Below are positions 63,860 to 64,000 of a stretch of DNA of 64,000 nucleotides, piece after piece. The stretch's first letter is position 1. Each line of letters opens with the position of its first letter. The stretch spans positions 111,938 to 175,937 of the forward strand of contig CAVVIL010000003.1 of assembly GCA_963748255.1 (NCBI GenBank), written 5' to 3'. The translations under genes were made by a program, and so were the position numbers. The DNA is from an uncultured Actinomycetes bacterium (GTDB taxonomy: Bacteria; Actinomycetota; Thermoleophilia; Gaiellales; Gaiellaceae). A model generated the notes under the pieces. That model was not told the origin of the DNA. It did no database searches and worked only from the letters and a program-made list of their open reading frames with translations.

Positions 63860-64000
63860 GGCTCCACCAGCCCCGCCCGCCGGTAGTCCCGCAGGGCGTC
63901 GGGCACCGGGATCCCTGGTCGGAGCGCAGGGTCGGGGACGGGGTCGAGCGCACGGACGACGAGCGGCAGGTGCCCCGCCCAGACGTCGAGCTCGGCGTCG
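63856..64000 (-). CDS. C-terminal fragment of a pyridoxamine-5-phosphate-oxidase-like (flavin-binding split-barrel) protein; gene runs off the window
   Basis: The reverse-strand translation ends ...[47 protein letters not shown]. The WAG..PL tail is typical of this family, as recalled from memory. Confidence 0.5.
   Translation of the reverse strand, partial: DAELDVWAGHLPLVVRALDPVPDPALRPGIPVPDALRDYRRAGLVEP

Noticed and set aside
1-64000. CRISPR arrays, rRNA genes, transposases/IS elements, prophage genes.
   Set aside because: None were detected on either strand. The only RNA gene recognised is tRNA-Thr at 33231-33303.

Overview
This 64-kb window is about 72-73% GC and is densely coding. The gene content looks like core chromosome of a high-GC Actinomycetota-type bacterium, possibly a deep-branching Thermoleophilia- or Conexibacter-like lineage. 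That taxonomic guess is inference only.

I can support about 65 protein-coding genes, one tRNA-Thr(CGU), and a few terminator-like or REP-like hairpins. I saw no rRNA, CRISPR array, transposase, integrase, phage gene or recognisable defence island.

Housekeeping genes:
- DNA, RNA and nucleotide: nrdJ, mutS2, tmk, holB, greA, the primary sigma factor, fpg/nei.
- Folate and one-carbon: thyA-folA, fhs, folE2.
- Other: sodA, plsY, aspartate kinase.

Other modules:
- Tandem YcaQ/AlkZ-like glycosylases.
- An AKR / ornithine-cyclodeaminase / PLP-enzyme operon.
- A DUF3052-SWIM-SNF2 helicase operon, divergent from a zinc-ribbon / class III cyclase / STAND-ATPase / TPR protein.
- An envelope-glycan cluster: two secreted anchored paralogs, O-antigen-ligase/TPR, LytR_C and an epimerase.
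- A lysyl-oxidase-like gene next to the tRNA.
- An AKR / P-loop kinase / degenerate-HAD fusion.
- A cytochrome P460 / CopCD copper cluster.
- An ECF sigma / anti-sigma pair beside two divergent Fe/Mn-SOD paralogs.

Things worth a second look:
1. A 2.3-kb stretch (51.5-53.8 kb) where an O-antigen-ligase/TPR paralog and a small secreted-protein gene are broken by at least a dozen frameshifts. Flanking genes are intact.
2. An orphan plus-strand intrinsic terminator (UUCG tetraloop plus U-tract), with nearby palindromes, in the otherwise gene-free 51.19-51.49 kb gap. This is a candidate sRNA or leader.
3. Four isolated single frameshifts in otherwise conserved genes: the second YcaQ copy, an alpha/beta hydrolase, a secreted paralog and fhs. 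These are either assembly indels or pseudogenes.
4. REP-like hairpins in inverted orientation bracketing mscS.
5. Frequent 4-nt stop/start overlaps and leaderless-type TAnnnT promoters.

Nothing here convincingly amounts to a new multi-gene system. All family assignments come from motif recognition by eye, without database searches.
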